A DNA stretch of 62,463 nt, counting the filler, from Stramenopiles sp. TOSAG23-3 (taxonomy: Eukaryota): NCBI GenBank assembly GCA_900128585.1. It is 13 parts of 13 records of this genome, joined end to end, with 100 filler letters (N's around TTAATTAATTAA, not from the genome) between each part and the next. Parts side by side here need not be neighbours in the genome. Positions count along the whole stretch, not along the records: positions 9,662 to 14,381 come from LT643724.1; positions 14,482 to 19,199 come from LT643725.1; positions 19,300 to 24,017 come from LT643726.1; 10 more parts are not named here. One strand, written 5' to 3'. Positions 11,267 through 22,500 of this stretch are shown here, piece by piece; the stretch's first letter is position 1, and each line of letters begins with the position of its first letter. The notes under the pieces were generated by a model that was not told the DNA's origin, made no database searches, and saw only the letters and a program-made list of their open reading frames with translations. The translations under genes were made by a program, and so were the position numbers.

Positions 11267-11554
11267 TGGCTTATTACTCTTGAAGTGAAACACAGTGAAG
11301 TGAATATAACATAATTTCCAGTCTCAGATTTCAGTGGGGGCGTTGACGAAGTGCCCACATATCGTTCACTTTTAAAACGCACTATGGGTCGGTACAAATA
11401 AATTAGAACCCAGTATTTACAAATTTACAAAACGAAGAATTTACGTAAATTCTTTTCAAGAATTCTTATTATTTTCATATTTAAATTGCGCGCTGTTCGT
11501 TGCGATGCTTTTAAAACAGATTTCACTAAAAATCCTCCTGGGTTACTGCACTTC

Positions 11555-14188
11555 TTACTTCTTCCCAACTTTCGTATGGACAAAGGTTACCACGTCGCGC
11601 AAGGAAGTCTCCACTGCTGCTTTCAATACATCATCGTCAATATCTTCTGGCCCCGTATAATTCTTGAACGCGTTAGTCCGATATTCCTCATCGACCCCCT
11701 TCATGTTCGAAATCAAATCGTACGTGTGACAACGCGTATCTTTTGGCGGAAGAAAAAGCTGTTTCAGCTCATCGTGGCTGAAGTTTCTGTCCGGGCCAAG
11801 CTGGTTCGAAGACCCTGCCTTCGTTTTGTTGACGTCAACAACGGCAGCAGAGTACTCTTGTTTCAAAATTTGGCGTTGGTAGACCCTTTCCTCGACGGTA
11901 CCGGTGGATAAAAGTCTGTATATAAACACGTGCTTTTTCTGCCCGTCGCGCCAGATGCGTGCCATGGCTTGTTCGTCTATGGCAGGGTTCCATGACGGAT
12001 CGAACAGTACCAGACGGTTCGCCCCAATCAAATTCAGTCCAGCCCCACCCGCCCTGGCGCTCAACAGAAACACGAAACAATCAAAGGAAGGCGAATTGAA
12101 ATTATCGACCAGCCCCTGGCGTTCTGCTTGCGGGGTAGACCCATCCAGCTGCATGTATGACCATTTCTTCGATTTGCACAGGTCGGCCATCAGCTTTAGC
12201 GTTTTGGTCGACTGACTAACAAGCACAAACCTGTCCTTTTCCGGGGCGTCTCGCACGCGTTGCAAGAGCTGGGAAAGGACATAGAATTTTCCAGACCGGT
12301 AAAGGTCTTCGCGGTGCGCGTCGACTATGTTTTTCGTTCCCACGAAATACGACTCGTCCGGGTCCCTCCTGCCGCGTCGTCCAAACTTGTCCAACTCGCC
12401 CTCGTCTTCGTTCCTCGGCAAGTACCGGTCTTTCAAAAGCTCAGGGTGGCTGCAGAGCTTGGTCAGGTGCTGAATGATTACTAAGGGGCCTTCCGACGCG
12501 TGCGCAGCCTTGTGGTGCCCCGACCTTGTGTACCGCTTCACTTTAGGCGCCGCTGTGATATGCCGGTACAACGCGTCCTGCTCCGGCGAAAGTTTGCAAA
12601 ACACTGCCAGGTTCACTTTAGGCGGCAAGAACGCCTTCAGCAAATCGGCTGTCCGCCGGAGGACGAAAGCTCTTGTGAACTCCGCAAGCTGGGCCGACCT
12701 CTCTTCTCCTAGGCGCTTTTCCTCCTGGCTAGCACGCTTGTCTCTGCCTTTTTCGATCGGAATTTGGTACACACGCTTGAAGGTTGCAAGGTCCTGTAGA
12801 ATGCTGGGATTGCAGAAATCTGCCATCGCAAAAAATTCGGACAGTTTATTTTGTATTGGTGTCCCTGTCAACAGAACCTTTCGCGGCGTTGCGATTGAAC
12901 GAAGGGCGTTGATGGTCTTGTTTCCAGCACTATTTTTTAGCCGGTGAGCCTCATCGCATACCAAAAGCCCTACGTCTGCTTTTCGTATCACGTCAATGTA
13001 TTTTGTCGTCATCTCATAACTTATGATCATAACTGGCCGTACCCGTGCGCTACCGTGGGTGAAATCTTCCACCAAGCCTTTCGCCTCTTTCCCTTGTTTG
13101 GTGATGACGATGGGGTCGCACCTTGTTTTTCCGAGCCACTTTACGAACTCTTTGGCCCAATTCTGCACCAGGGAACTAGGTGTAACAATCAGCGCGCGTC
13201 TGATAGACGGTTTTCCCCTTGGCCCTTGCTTTAGCAACGTCCACACTAACGTTATCGATTGCAGCGTTTTCCCTAGCCCCATCTCGTCGCATAGCAGGCA
13301 CCCTCCTCGAGCGCTTTTCCCGCTGACGCAATCGTACATGAACTTGACGCCATCGCGCTGGTGCGGGCGCAAAAATTCGCATAAGAATGGCGAAACTACG
13401 ACCGGGACAGTCTTGCCAGGGACACCTTGGGACAACGGCAAGGCGTTTGGCGCGTTTGGGTCATGGACTGGTTTGATTTCAACGACTTTCTTCTTGATGC
13501 CCTCTGGCCGCAGACCGTTCTTGCCGCTTGGAAGTGCAAACGGCTTGCTGGCTTTGATGGACGACGAGGCGGCGACGTTTGCCAGGCGGTTTCCTGATAC
13601 TTGTGCAACGTCCATGAAAACCCTCCCGGACGTGTACTCTGATTCATCGATCGTTTTCACTAACTCTACATCATACCTCCCCACGGCTATTTCGGACCCC
13701 ACAGCAAGAACAGAAAATTGAGTGCTGCATCTGGCAACGTCCTTTCCACCCATATCTAACATTCGGCACTTCTTTTTAGGAGTGAAGATGAGAACCCCAT
13801 CGTGCCACGTTTTCTTTTTTTTCTTCGACCACTTGGTGTACAAAACGGTGTAATAAACCGCTGCCATGGTCGCAGTACCGGGGACGGCCCGGGGCACGCT
13901 GGTGGGCTTCGCTGCGGAAGAAGTCGCCGGCCCATTGCTTCCGCCGGGGGCTTTGAACGGCTGTGTGTTCCGACGGGGTAAACGAAACGCACCTGGGCGC
14001 CGAACTATTGGTTTCTTCTTCGGTTTCACCTCGGTGTTCGCACTAATTTTGTTTTGCACATTGTCCACGTTCTTGTTTTCCCCTGCGGCGGGCGCGCTCC
14101 CCGCACTAGCTGCGCCAATCATCCTCGGCCGCTTGAAGGCTTTAAACAACGGCTTCCCTGATGCGTCACCGGTGCGACGTTTGTACAT
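11555..14188 (-). CDS. RAD54B: SNF2-family DNA repair translocase RAD54B/Rdh54-like
   Basis: LRPHQRDGV, DEMGLGKT, CDEAHRLKN, LTGTPIQN, AGGAGLNL, WNPAIDEQAMARIWRDGQ; N-terminal YYTVLY..KKKKTWHDGVL motif typical of RAD54B. Confidence 0.9.
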   Translation of the reverse strand: MYKRRTGDASGKPLFKAFKRPRMIGAASAGSAPAAGENKNVDNVQNKISANTEVKPKKKPIVRRPGAFRLPRRNTQPFKAPGGSNGPATSSAAKPTSVPRAVPGTATMAAVYYTVLYTKWSKKKKKTWHDGVLIFTPKKKCRMLDMGGKDVARCSTQFSVLAVGSEIAVGRYDVELVKTIDESEYTSGRVFMDVAQVSGNRLANVAASSSIKASKPFALPSGKNGLRPEGIKKKVVEIKPVHDPNAPNALPLSQGVPGKTVPVVVSPFLCEFLRPHQRDGVKFMYDCVSGKSARGGCLLCDEMGLGKTLQSITLVWTLLKQGPRGKPSIRRALIVTPSSLVQNWAKEFVKWLGKTRCDPIVITKQGKEAKGLVEDFTHGSARVRPVMIISYEMTTKYIDVIRKADVGLLVCDEAHRLKNSAGNKTINALRSIATPRKVLLTGTPIQNKLSEFFAMADFCNPSILQDLATFKRVYQIPIEKGRDKRASQEEKRLGEERSAQLAEFTRAFVLRRTADLLKAFLPPKVNLAVFCKLSPEQDALYRHITAAPKVKRYTRSGHHKAAHASEGPLVIIQHLTKLCSHPELLKDRYLPRNEDEGELDKFGRRGRRDPDESYFVGTKNIVDAHREDLYRSGKFYVLSQLLQRVRDAPEKDRFVLVSQSTKTLKLMADLCKSKKWSYMQLDGSTPQAERQGLVDNFNSPSFDCFVFLLSARAGGAGLNLIGANRLVLFDPSWNPAIDEQAMARIWRDGQKKHVFIYRLLSTGTVEERVYQRQILKQEYSAAVVDVNKTKAGSSNQLGPDRNFSHDELKQLFLPPKDTRCHTYDLISNMKGVDEEYRTNAFKNYTGPEDIDDDVLKAAVETSLRDVVTFVHTKVGKK

Positions 14189-14561
14189 GGTCCGTCACAA
14201 AAATGCAAGAAAGAAGGTGCTCTAATGTTCGACTTTTCCGTTAGAAAGATAGACTACTCAATGGTTCTCTTATGAAATTTCATTTTCTTTCTTCTTCTAT
14301 CACACATAGTATAATATGTTTAATGATATATAATTCTCTTCAATTCAACAATCTTTTCACATTCTATATAAAATATATTTTNNNNNNNNNNNNNNNNNNN
14401 NNNNNNNNNNNNNNNNNNNNNNNNNTTAATTAATTAANNNNNNNNNNNNNNNNNNNNNNNNNNNNNNNNNNNNNNNNNNNNTATGTTAAAACAGCCATTT
14501 AAGTTGTTTTTGAATCTTACAATCATTAAAACTGAACGTATTTTTTACGCGCGTTAGTAAT

Positions 14562-15689
14562 TTAATAGAATGCAGCGAGAAAAAGAAAGCGTTTGCCAGC
14601 TGTGATGGGCACGCCTGCATGCGCATGCGAAATCCCACCTGGGTACAATATTGCCGCCCCAGGGTGAGGAGGATATGCAGTATAGTTCCATTTCGGAAAA
14701 TGTGTTCCACCTCCTTCATACTCCGGAGGTGCATTCAAGTACATCACGAGAGAGACGGTTTCGTCGTCTTGGTGCACATCCATTTTTGTCACTCCGCCAT
14801 GCGATTCATACTTCAAAACATAAGCAGAGTCTACTAGTTGCACGTAAAACGGATCCCATAACTGATGTATTAATAACAGAAGATGCTTCTTCACAAAACT
14901 TTTCCACCAGTGCGACATGCCCATGTCATTTAGGTGTATGGTGACGTCGGGTTCGTCTATGACAATAAGACTGTCCTGGGAATGATCGTCTGTGGCAACT
15001 TTTTTGTATTTATAATCCCATGCGTCTATATGTTCACACTCGTCTATTAACTTCTTTGCAAACTCTTCCGAAAACAATGATATCATGTACACTTGCTCAG
15101 CGACTTCGGTATACTGGAAGCTTCCATTACTGTCATAAAGGTTAGGGTGCACTTTCGTCTTCGTGTTGAGGCTGTAAATATCAGTGTGCAGAGGCTTATG
15201 ACCGAGATCATTCAATAGAGGTAAGTCTCTACTACTATTTGCCAACTCGGCCAGAAGATCTCTTGCGCTTTCTTCCATGTGAACGCCTTCCAGCATGGCC
15301 CCCTGAATAACGATGTTGTCTTTTTTAATGTATTCCTTTCTTCCTTTGCGTTCAGCGTTTTTGGACGGCAGAATTGCTGTATTGAATGTCAGCGCTGACG
15401 CGTTGTACGTATAACAAGGCAAAGACACATTTCGGGCAAGAGAGGACAATACGTGCTTACCCATGTACAATTCATGGCCTGTGTAATTTGAGACATTCAA
15501 CTCCATGTGGAAGTACTCCATTTGTTTGTTATTTCCAAGACTTGCATCGCAGCTTTTGTCCTCAGCTGCGTGGTTGGGTTGCTTTCTGGGTCTGACGAAG
15601 ACGATGATTTGGTGGCGACGCTGTACAGAAGAAATGCTCGGAAGGCGTTTCTGGCTTTGCTGCCTGAAGTTGAACCAGATATCTTTCAT
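14562..15689 (-). CDS. 2OG-Fe(II) oxygenase, PLOD/lysyl-hydroxylase-like; true 5' end uncertain
   Basis: VYMISLFSEEFAKKLIDECE, HxD (VHQDD), YEGGGTHF, distal His (SHAHAG) and Arg (GKRF). The first ~60 codons overlap an opposite-strand paralog. Confidence 0.8.
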   Translation of the reverse strand: MKDIWFNFRQQSQKRLPSISSVQRRHQIIVFVRPRKQPNHAAEDKSCDASLGNNKQMEYFHMELNVSNYTGHELYMGKHVLSSLARNVSLPCYTYNASALTFNTAILPSKNAERKGRKEYIKKDNIVIQGAMLEGVHMEESARDLLAELANSSRDLPLLNDLGHKPLHTDIYSLNTKTKVHPNLYDSNGSFQYTEVAEQVYMISLFSEEFAKKLIDECEHIDAWDYKYKKVATDDHSQDSLIVIDEPDVTIHLNDMGMSHWWKSFVKKHLLLLIHQLWDPFYVQLVDSAYVLKYESHGGVTKMDVHQDDETVSLVMYLNAPPEYEGGGTHFPKWNYTAYPPHPGAAILYPGGISHAHAGVPITAGKRFLFLAAFY

Positions 15690-16024
15690 TTCCCGTTTTT
15701 GACAAGAGCGTTTTGTGAGGATTTACTAGAATATATTAATTTGCCGGAGGTGGAGGAATTGTGGGTATACAATACCGATGGGCAGGAAAACGAGAAGAGT
15801 GGAGCGAGAGACCTGTTGTTTCAGGTTTATCCTTCATTATTGTTTTGGCTGATAATTACTCTGGTGGAGGCACTTATTTTCCACGATGGAATTTGACAAT
15901 TACTGGACAAGAACCTGGATCTATGGTAATGTACCCTAGTGGTCTCTCTCATCTCCATGCAGGAAAGAAAATAACATCAGGAGAACGGTATGTTTTATTA
16001 GGGGCCACCACTGGTGAAGACTAA
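15507..16024 (+). pseudogene. Second PLOD-like 2OG-Fe(II) oxygenase, frameshifted with an internal deletion
   Basis: One frame gives EVEPDIFHFPFLTRAFCEDLLEYI. After a frame change near 15820-15826 another gives YSGGGTYFPRW..GSMVMYPSGLSHLHAGKKITSGERYVL. The HxD-bearing middle is absent. Confidence 0.65.
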
Positions 16025-16144
16025 GTCAGACAAAAGTTACTAATTCTTAAAAAATTAAATTGACAAATTTTAATCATTTTAAACCGGGGCAAACTGCACA
16101 AGCAGGAAAATGTTGAACATGATTAGGGCTACGTTTCTTCCTTC

Positions 16145-16993
16145 CTATGCCTTCTTGTCGTCTGCGCTTTTTGGCATGGTGTGCCCGTTGGAGGTTCCAT
16201 GTTGATCGTGCGGGTCGGAATGGTCGTTCGGGGCATCTCCGTTGAAATCGTTGTTGGACAGTTTTGTAAAGTCTTCCGTCTCCATCTCTTTGCTCTCATT
16301 ATCGCCGAGCTGCGGTGCTTTACCGTCCTCTTCCTTTTTGTCCCCAGGGGCAGCCTGCATGTCTACTCCACCTTTTGCTTCCTGCTTCTCCTCCATTGGT
16401 GTCTTCCCGTCTACGGACCCTTCCTTGGTCTCCATAGACGGGTCCCTCAAGTCCCCCAGAGGGGTGCCTTTCCAGTTCTGGGGCTCGTCCAGGTTCGTGC
16501 CTTTCGCAGCCATTATATCATTGAATATTTTAGTCGCCTTTGGCTGGCCTGCAGGGCCTGCAAGCTGAGCGTTCACTGCTGGGCCGTAGAAGTTGCCGAT
16601 TGTGATTGGCTTAGTCTTTGGATCCGGTACGACCGGGTTCCCAACCGGTGCCGCTTTTGGCGCCCCCCCGTTCACCGGACTGAGGCCTCCCGGCTTTGTG
16701 TAAAGGAGCCCGTACGGGGAGGCTTCTAGTGGTCCTTTATTGCCAGGCTCGGACTTCGCGGTATTTCCATTCCCGTTTCCACTGGATGGCTTGTATAGTT
16801 TATATGTGTAATCTTTCGCCAAGTCCTTCATGGCGCTGGGACCCATCCACCACGGGGGGAAATTCTTGTACCAAAACGGCGCCTTCGTCGGCATCCTCAA
16901 GTGCGCCCCCATTGAATTGATGGGCAGATTCGCCAGCGTTACAACTGCCATAAAAGTGAGTCTACCAATCATAGAGACCCAGCATGGACTCAT
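16145..16993 (-). CDS. Hypothetical, probably secreted protein; Pro/Gly-rich with acidic tail
   Basis: 282-aa ATG ORF with hydrophobic N-terminus and coding-like composition; no recognised domain. Confidence 0.65.
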   Translation of the reverse strand: MSPCWVSMIGRLTFMAVVTLANLPINSMGAHLRMPTKAPFWYKNFPPWWMGPSAMKDLAKDYTYKLYKPSSGNGNGNTAKSEPGNKGPLEASPYGLLYTKPGGLSPVNGGAPKAAPVGNPVVPDPKTKPITIGNFYGPAVNAQLAGPAGQPKATKIFNDIMAAKGTNLDEPQNWKGTPLGDLRDPSMETKEGSVDGKTPMEEKQEAKGGVDMQAAPGDKKEEDGKAPQLGDNESKEMETEDFTKLSNNDFNGDAPNDHSDPHDQHGTSNGHTMPKSADDKKA

Positions 16994-17111
16994 GGTCGCC
17001 CAACACGAAATCTATATATATTATATATAATCAATCAAAACACGGAGACAAAAATACTCTTAAACACACATGAAAATGAAAACGAATCCTCCAGCACCAA
17101 AGTGTCTAAAA

Positions 17112-18257
17112 CTAAAAATGTACTCTTCTTCCGGTCAAAGAAAGAAAGAAAAATGATTCCTCCCCCTCCCTTCCCCCAATCGCGTCCCGGTAGCCCGGGG
17201 AAAGTTTGGTCGGGGTGCTGGGCGACCCTGGAGCGTTCGGCTCGTTGAACAGCCCCATTGCCCCCTTTTCGTCGGCTCTCTCTGCGTCCATGGCCATGGT
17301 TCGGTCCCCTTGCCCCCCCGTGGGAGTGCTCGGTGAGAGCGGAGCATCACTATCGTCTTCCCCTTCCTTCTCGTCCTTTTTTCCTGGCGCCAGGTCCGGC
17401 TCAAACACTACAAGGGCCAAAACCCGGCAAAACAGAGTCAGCTGGCGCTGGGACAACCCGAGCAATATCTGATGGATGCGAGGGACTCGGTCTAGCAAAA
17501 ATATTTCTTTCCTGGTAGAAATAATCTCTTCGAGCAAGCCAACGGTCGCGTCAAACGTGTGGCCGCTCAACAGCTGGTCAAAGAGGTAGAGAATAAACTT
17601 TTCGCTACCGAACATTCTAGTCTTGGCCAGTTGCGGAAAGACAAATATGATCTCCCGCAGAAGCCCCATGGTTTCGTTGACTACTTTCGTTTGCTGCAGC
17701 GTGTGCCTGTCACGCCTCACGTTGGATGCACCTGGGGCCTGAGGCAACGTGTTCGCCAGCGGCACTCTCATGACGATGTCCATCAGCAGTTGGCAGCCAC
17801 CCAGACTAACAAAAATACCTGCAATGCGGTTCCCCCGAGAGAACGGGGGCTCGCTGTTCGCTCCCCCCTCTCCATCATCCCCATCTTCTTCCTCCATGGC
17901 CTGCTCATCGCCGCCGCTGCCGCCGCCACCGTATGGACTTCCAGACTCAAAAATTTGCGTCGACAAATTCTTCAAGGTCAATATAAGATTTCTGCACGAC
18001 TCGGAATCAGCAAACTTCTTGCCGCTAGGCACACGCAAGAACGCGTTGATTTCTTGCACAATCCTCATAATCCCCTCGTTCTTTGAATTAACGTTTTTAA
18101 CAAATATCAAAGGAAGGCAGTCCACCCGTTTTCGGTTCCTACCCAATACTCGGCTGCGGAGAAAAGAAGACAGAACATTCGGCCGAGACTCGCCCTGTCG
18201 ATAGCGTTGAAACTTTGGGGAAAACCTGCTCCGCGCCGCGGGCTGGACAAAATTCAT
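17112..18257 (-). CDS. TRPC4AP/TRUSS-like protein, apparently C-terminally truncated
   Basis: FVSLGGCQLL, FILYLFDQLL..TFDATVGLLEEII and LSQRQLTLFCRVLALVVFEP resemble the N-terminal half of TRPC4AP. The ORF ends abruptly in T-rich sequence. Confidence 0.6.
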   Translation of the reverse strand: MNFVQPAARSRFSPKFQRYRQGESRPNVLSSFLRSRVLGRNRKRVDCLPLIFVKNVNSKNEGIMRIVQEINAFLRVPSGKKFADSESCRNLILTLKNLSTQIFESGSPYGGGGSGGDEQAMEEEDGDDGEGGANSEPPFSRGNRIAGIFVSLGGCQLLMDIVMRVPLANTLPQAPGASNVRRDRHTLQQTKVVNETMGLLREIIFVFPQLAKTRMFGSEKFILYLFDQLLSGHTFDATVGLLEEIISTRKEIFLLDRVPRIHQILLGLSQRQLTLFCRVLALVVFEPDLAPGKKDEKEGEDDSDAPLSPSTPTGGQGDRTMAMDAERADEKGAMGLFNEPNAPGSPSTPTKLSPGYRDAIGGREGEESFFFLSLTGRRVHF

Positions 18258-18604
18258 TCGAACCACTTCAAAGCTTGTTGTTGTTGTTGAACGAAAAATC
18301 GGTTTGGTTTCTTCAAAAAATAACGAAACTCTTTCCCGTTCGTTCGTTAATATAAAATTATAAATCCATCTGTTTATCACAAGAAAAGAAATCATTGCAT
18401 TTAAATTTAACAATCAGACGATTAAAATCAATAATCCAAAAACAACAAATTAATAATAATATATTATAATATTATTTATTAATAATTATTATTAGACTAC
18501 AAAAATAATAATAAAAATAATAAAAAAATAATTTTATTTTTATTTTCCCCTCCTCTCCTCATCTGTTGTCTGTCTCTCTTCTTCTCTTTCTTATTATATA
18601 AAAA

Positions 18605-18785
18605 AACACTTCTTTCTTCTTCTTTCTTCTTCTTTCTTCTTCTTTCTGCTTATTATTTCTTCTTCTTCTACTTTTCTTCTTCTTCTTCTTCTTTCTTCTT
18701 CTTCTCTCTTTCTTCTTCTTCTCTCTTTCTTCTTCTTCTCTCTTTCTTCTCCTTTCTTCTTCTTCTTCTTCTCTTCTTTCCTTCT
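18605..18785. repeat. Degenerate (TTC)n pyrimidine-rich microsatellite
   Basis: Runs of ttcttcttc and tctctttc. Confidence 0.9.
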
Positions 18786-19012
18786 GTACCAAGGGTTAAG
18801 AAACCAACGATAGTAGATCCGATTATGAAAAAAAGGACGACACTATTATCTTATACAGAGCGGTATTGTTGTTGTTTTGAGAACTAGTGGCAGAGGAATA
18901 TATAAACATAGAACAAGAAACGGTTCCTAAGAAACAATTACTATCTTCCTTCCTATCTTATCTTTCTTTGCACCCTAGTATATTATTTCTATTGCACCAC
19001 CCCCTCAAACGA

Positions 19013-19199
19013 ATGGCGTCCCTCAGCACTTACAACGGGAGCTCTATGAGCGTCTTAAAAGGCCGGGCTGCTAATGAAGCCAACGCAATGAACGAGATGG
19101 ATGGCAAAGACGAGAAGGGCGACCTTCGAGTGACTGGGACAATTGAAAAAGCTCTTGTCGCTCTTAAATGCCTCATTCCCCCGGTCGCGAAGGATGACA
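19013..19199 (+). CDS. N-terminal fragment of an unknown protein, cut by contig end
   Basis: ATG at 19013 coincides with a switch to coding-like composition; open to the linker. Confidence 0.45.
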
Positions 19200-19533
19200 N
19201 NNNNNNNNNNNNNNNNNNNNNNNNNNNNNNNNNNNNNNNNNNNTTAATTAATTAANNNNNNNNNNNNNNNNNNNNNNNNNNNNNNNNNNNNNNNNNNNNC
19301 CAAATAATAGCCAATTTTTTGTTTTAAATACGATGGCGTGTTTTTCTAAAAATATCTTCTGTCATATATGCATATTCACCCTTCATTTCATAATTGTTTA
19401 GTTATTTGGAGTAGTTGGCAAGAATTATTAGTTTCTGTTTACACTTCCGAATATCCCCTCCACCTTACTACTCTTAATATCCCCAACGTCCGTTCTCGCC
19501 GTGACGTTTTGTTTGTGTTAAGTCGAGCGAAAC

Positions 19534-22500
19534 ATGGAAAACCCCGAGGGCCAGTATTACAAAGTGGTGCTGCAGCATCGTGGGCAGCAGAAAACAGTGC
19601 TTGTGTATGGAAACATGCCTCGCAACGAGCTGTACGACAACGTATGCGCTGCGTTCAACCTAGATCACTTGGATTTGGCAGGGATCCGAAGCGAGACGGG
19701 AGTGAGCTTTCCCCTGTCGCTGGTGGCCAAAGCCCCGTCCTACTTTACGAACGGTGTCTTCACCGTCGTTGGGACCTCCACGGAAGAGTCGGCCCCGAGC
19801 GCCCCCGCGGCTGCCCCCGCCATCCCAGTTCCCCCGCAGGCTGCGAACACGGTGGAGGTGCCCGTGGAAGAAGACGCGGCAGAAGACGACGTGGAAATGG
19901 AGGAACCCTTTACGTTGGCCGACACGAGCATCAGGGCGATCTTCGCCGCGGTTGAAGGTAAGGTAAGCGATGACGGTCGCGTCTCACGCAAGGCCTTCAC
20001 GGAAGTCTTTGAAAACCTCGTCGGGGCAGAGTCCATCAGGCGGCAGACAAGCGCGGCGGAGTACCTCGGCACCCTGTTTGACGCCTTCGACACGACCGAG
20101 GAAGGGTCGGTGGACGCGGGAGAACTCCTCAGCGGAATGATCATGTTGGCCGCAGACGACCACGAAACGAAAATCCAATCCGCGTTCAATTTGTTTGACA
20201 CGAATGGCGATGGGTTCATTGCTTACGAAGAAATGCTGCGGTACCTTCGAGCCTTGTTCATAGTCATTGCAAGGCAGCGCCCAGAAGTCTTCGAAATCAA
20301 CAACGTCGGCCCCGTGGAGTTGGCCGATGCGACAGCAGAGCAATGCTTCCTGGAAGCCGACTTGAACCACGACGGCCGCCTTAGCTACGACGAGTTTAGA
20401 GAATGGTACATGCGGGAAACCCAAGGGAAAATGACCAACATTGTGGGCCAATCGCCCTCTTCGGCCGAGGCCGGGGCGCTTGTCCTTGACTTTACGTTGC
20501 AAGAACTGCAAGAAAAAAGTGGCCTTGGCCTCTTTCAACCCGATGACGTCGTGCAGCTGTTTGCGAAGAATGCATCAACCGAAGGAGGCATAGACATTGG
20601 CGGGTTTGCGCAAAGCATCAACACGACGATGACTATGAGGGGGGAAGACGTTTCGGTAGACGAGTACTCCGCGATCGTCCGAGCGCTGTTTGATATGTTT
20701 GACCAGGACCATAACGGTGTTGTCGATTTCGCGGAACTAACGGCGGGCTTGTCCGTTTTGTGCGCGGGCTCTCGCGCAGAAAAAATCAAGGCCGCGTTTG
20801 ACCTGTACGACCGAAACGGCGATGGCTACATCAGCTTAGAGGAACTTACTCGATACTTAGTAAGCGTGTTCCGCATGCTCTACGCAACATCCGAAGAAAC
20901 TCGGAGCCGCATGGCGGTTTCCCCAGAAGATCTTGCCAGGGTGACTGCGGAGCAGTGCTTTCTTGAGGCAGACCTGAACGCAGACTCCAAACTAAATTTA
21001 GAAGAATTTACCAAATGGTTCAATCGCTCCCCCGATAGTGTCGCGTCTGCGGAGGAAGATGGCGGGGAGGATGACGAGGGGGACGACGAGGACCAGGACG
21101 AAGAGCTCGAATGGCTCGATCTGAAGGAAGCCCGCCGCCTCTCCTGCCTGAAGAAAGACCACCCGGAAGACGTATTCGAAGACTTTGCCGTCGTTGCGGA
21201 CAACGACGGTATGATCGACCATCATAGTTTTTTGACTGCCTGGTTTCAGATTGTCAACCGGAACGGGGGCTTTGAATCGGAGAGCGAGTACGAGCGTGCA
21301 GAAACGCTTTTTAATCGTCTGTTCAAAGCCTTCGATTCGAACGGCGATGGGTTTGTTGATTTCAGTGAGCTGAGCGCAGGGCTGACCGTCCTCTCTGGGG
21401 GATCACATGAGGACAAAGTGAAAGCAGCGTTTGACCTGTTCGACTATAACGACGACGGGTATATATCGTTGCCAGAGATGATAACCTACCTCACTTCCGT
21501 GTTCAAAGTCCTGTACCAAGCGCAGCCTGGTACTGCGGACTCTGCCGGGGTCAGTGCAGAGGAGCTTGCGCAGGCTACTGCGGTCCAAGCCTTTGAGGAC
21601 GCGGACTTGAACCATGACGGTCGCCTGAGTTTTTCCGAGTTTCAAATATGGTACTTGAAAAACAACGCCCCGGCAGCAGGCGCTGCCTCCAACGAAACCG
21701 TTTCTCAAAAGAACGAAATGACTTTGTCCGAAGCAAAGCGGCTGACTTGCCTTGACCAATTTGATGTCCACGACGTATTCGCTGAATTTGCGATTGCTGC
21801 AGATGAAGAAGGCCTTTTGAGCCGGGCGTCTTTCACGGATTGCTTTAAAAATATTATTCACTCAACCAGAGAATTGAACAACCAAGAAGAGGCTGCCTCT
21901 TTCAGCGTCATCGATAGATTATTCGACCTCTTTGATTCTGATGGCAATGGCGTCGTTGATTTCAGCGAGCTTGCGAGCGGTTTGTCTGTCCTTTGCGGTG
22001 GAAGCCGTGACCAAATGGGCGTGTCTGCGGAGGACCTTGCAACTGTCACGGCAGAGCAGGCGTTTGAAGATGCCGATTTGAATCACGACGGTCGTTTGTC
22101 GTTCGCCGAATTCCAAAAATGGTACGGCCAAGCCCCAGCCGGCCAAGACGTTCAGGACGTAGTCGAGAGTATCCCAGATTGGGTAAGCCTGAAGGAAGTG
22201 CGCCGCTTAACGTCATTGGAACAGTTTGACGTAGAAGACGTGTTCGAAGAGTTTGCCGTAAAGGCAAATGATGACGGTGTCCTTGACCGAGAGTCATTCG
22301 ACTCGTGTTTCGCTACTTTATTGGAGCAGGTGGGTGGGCATGAAGATGACGATGAAGACCCCCAACGCTTTGACGTCGTTTTGGGCCGATTGTTCGACAT
22401 CTTTGATTCTGATGGCAATGGCGTCGTTGATTTCAGCGAGCTTGCGAGCGGTTTGTCTGTCCTTTGCGGTGGAAGCCGGCAGCCAGGGACGGCCGACCAA

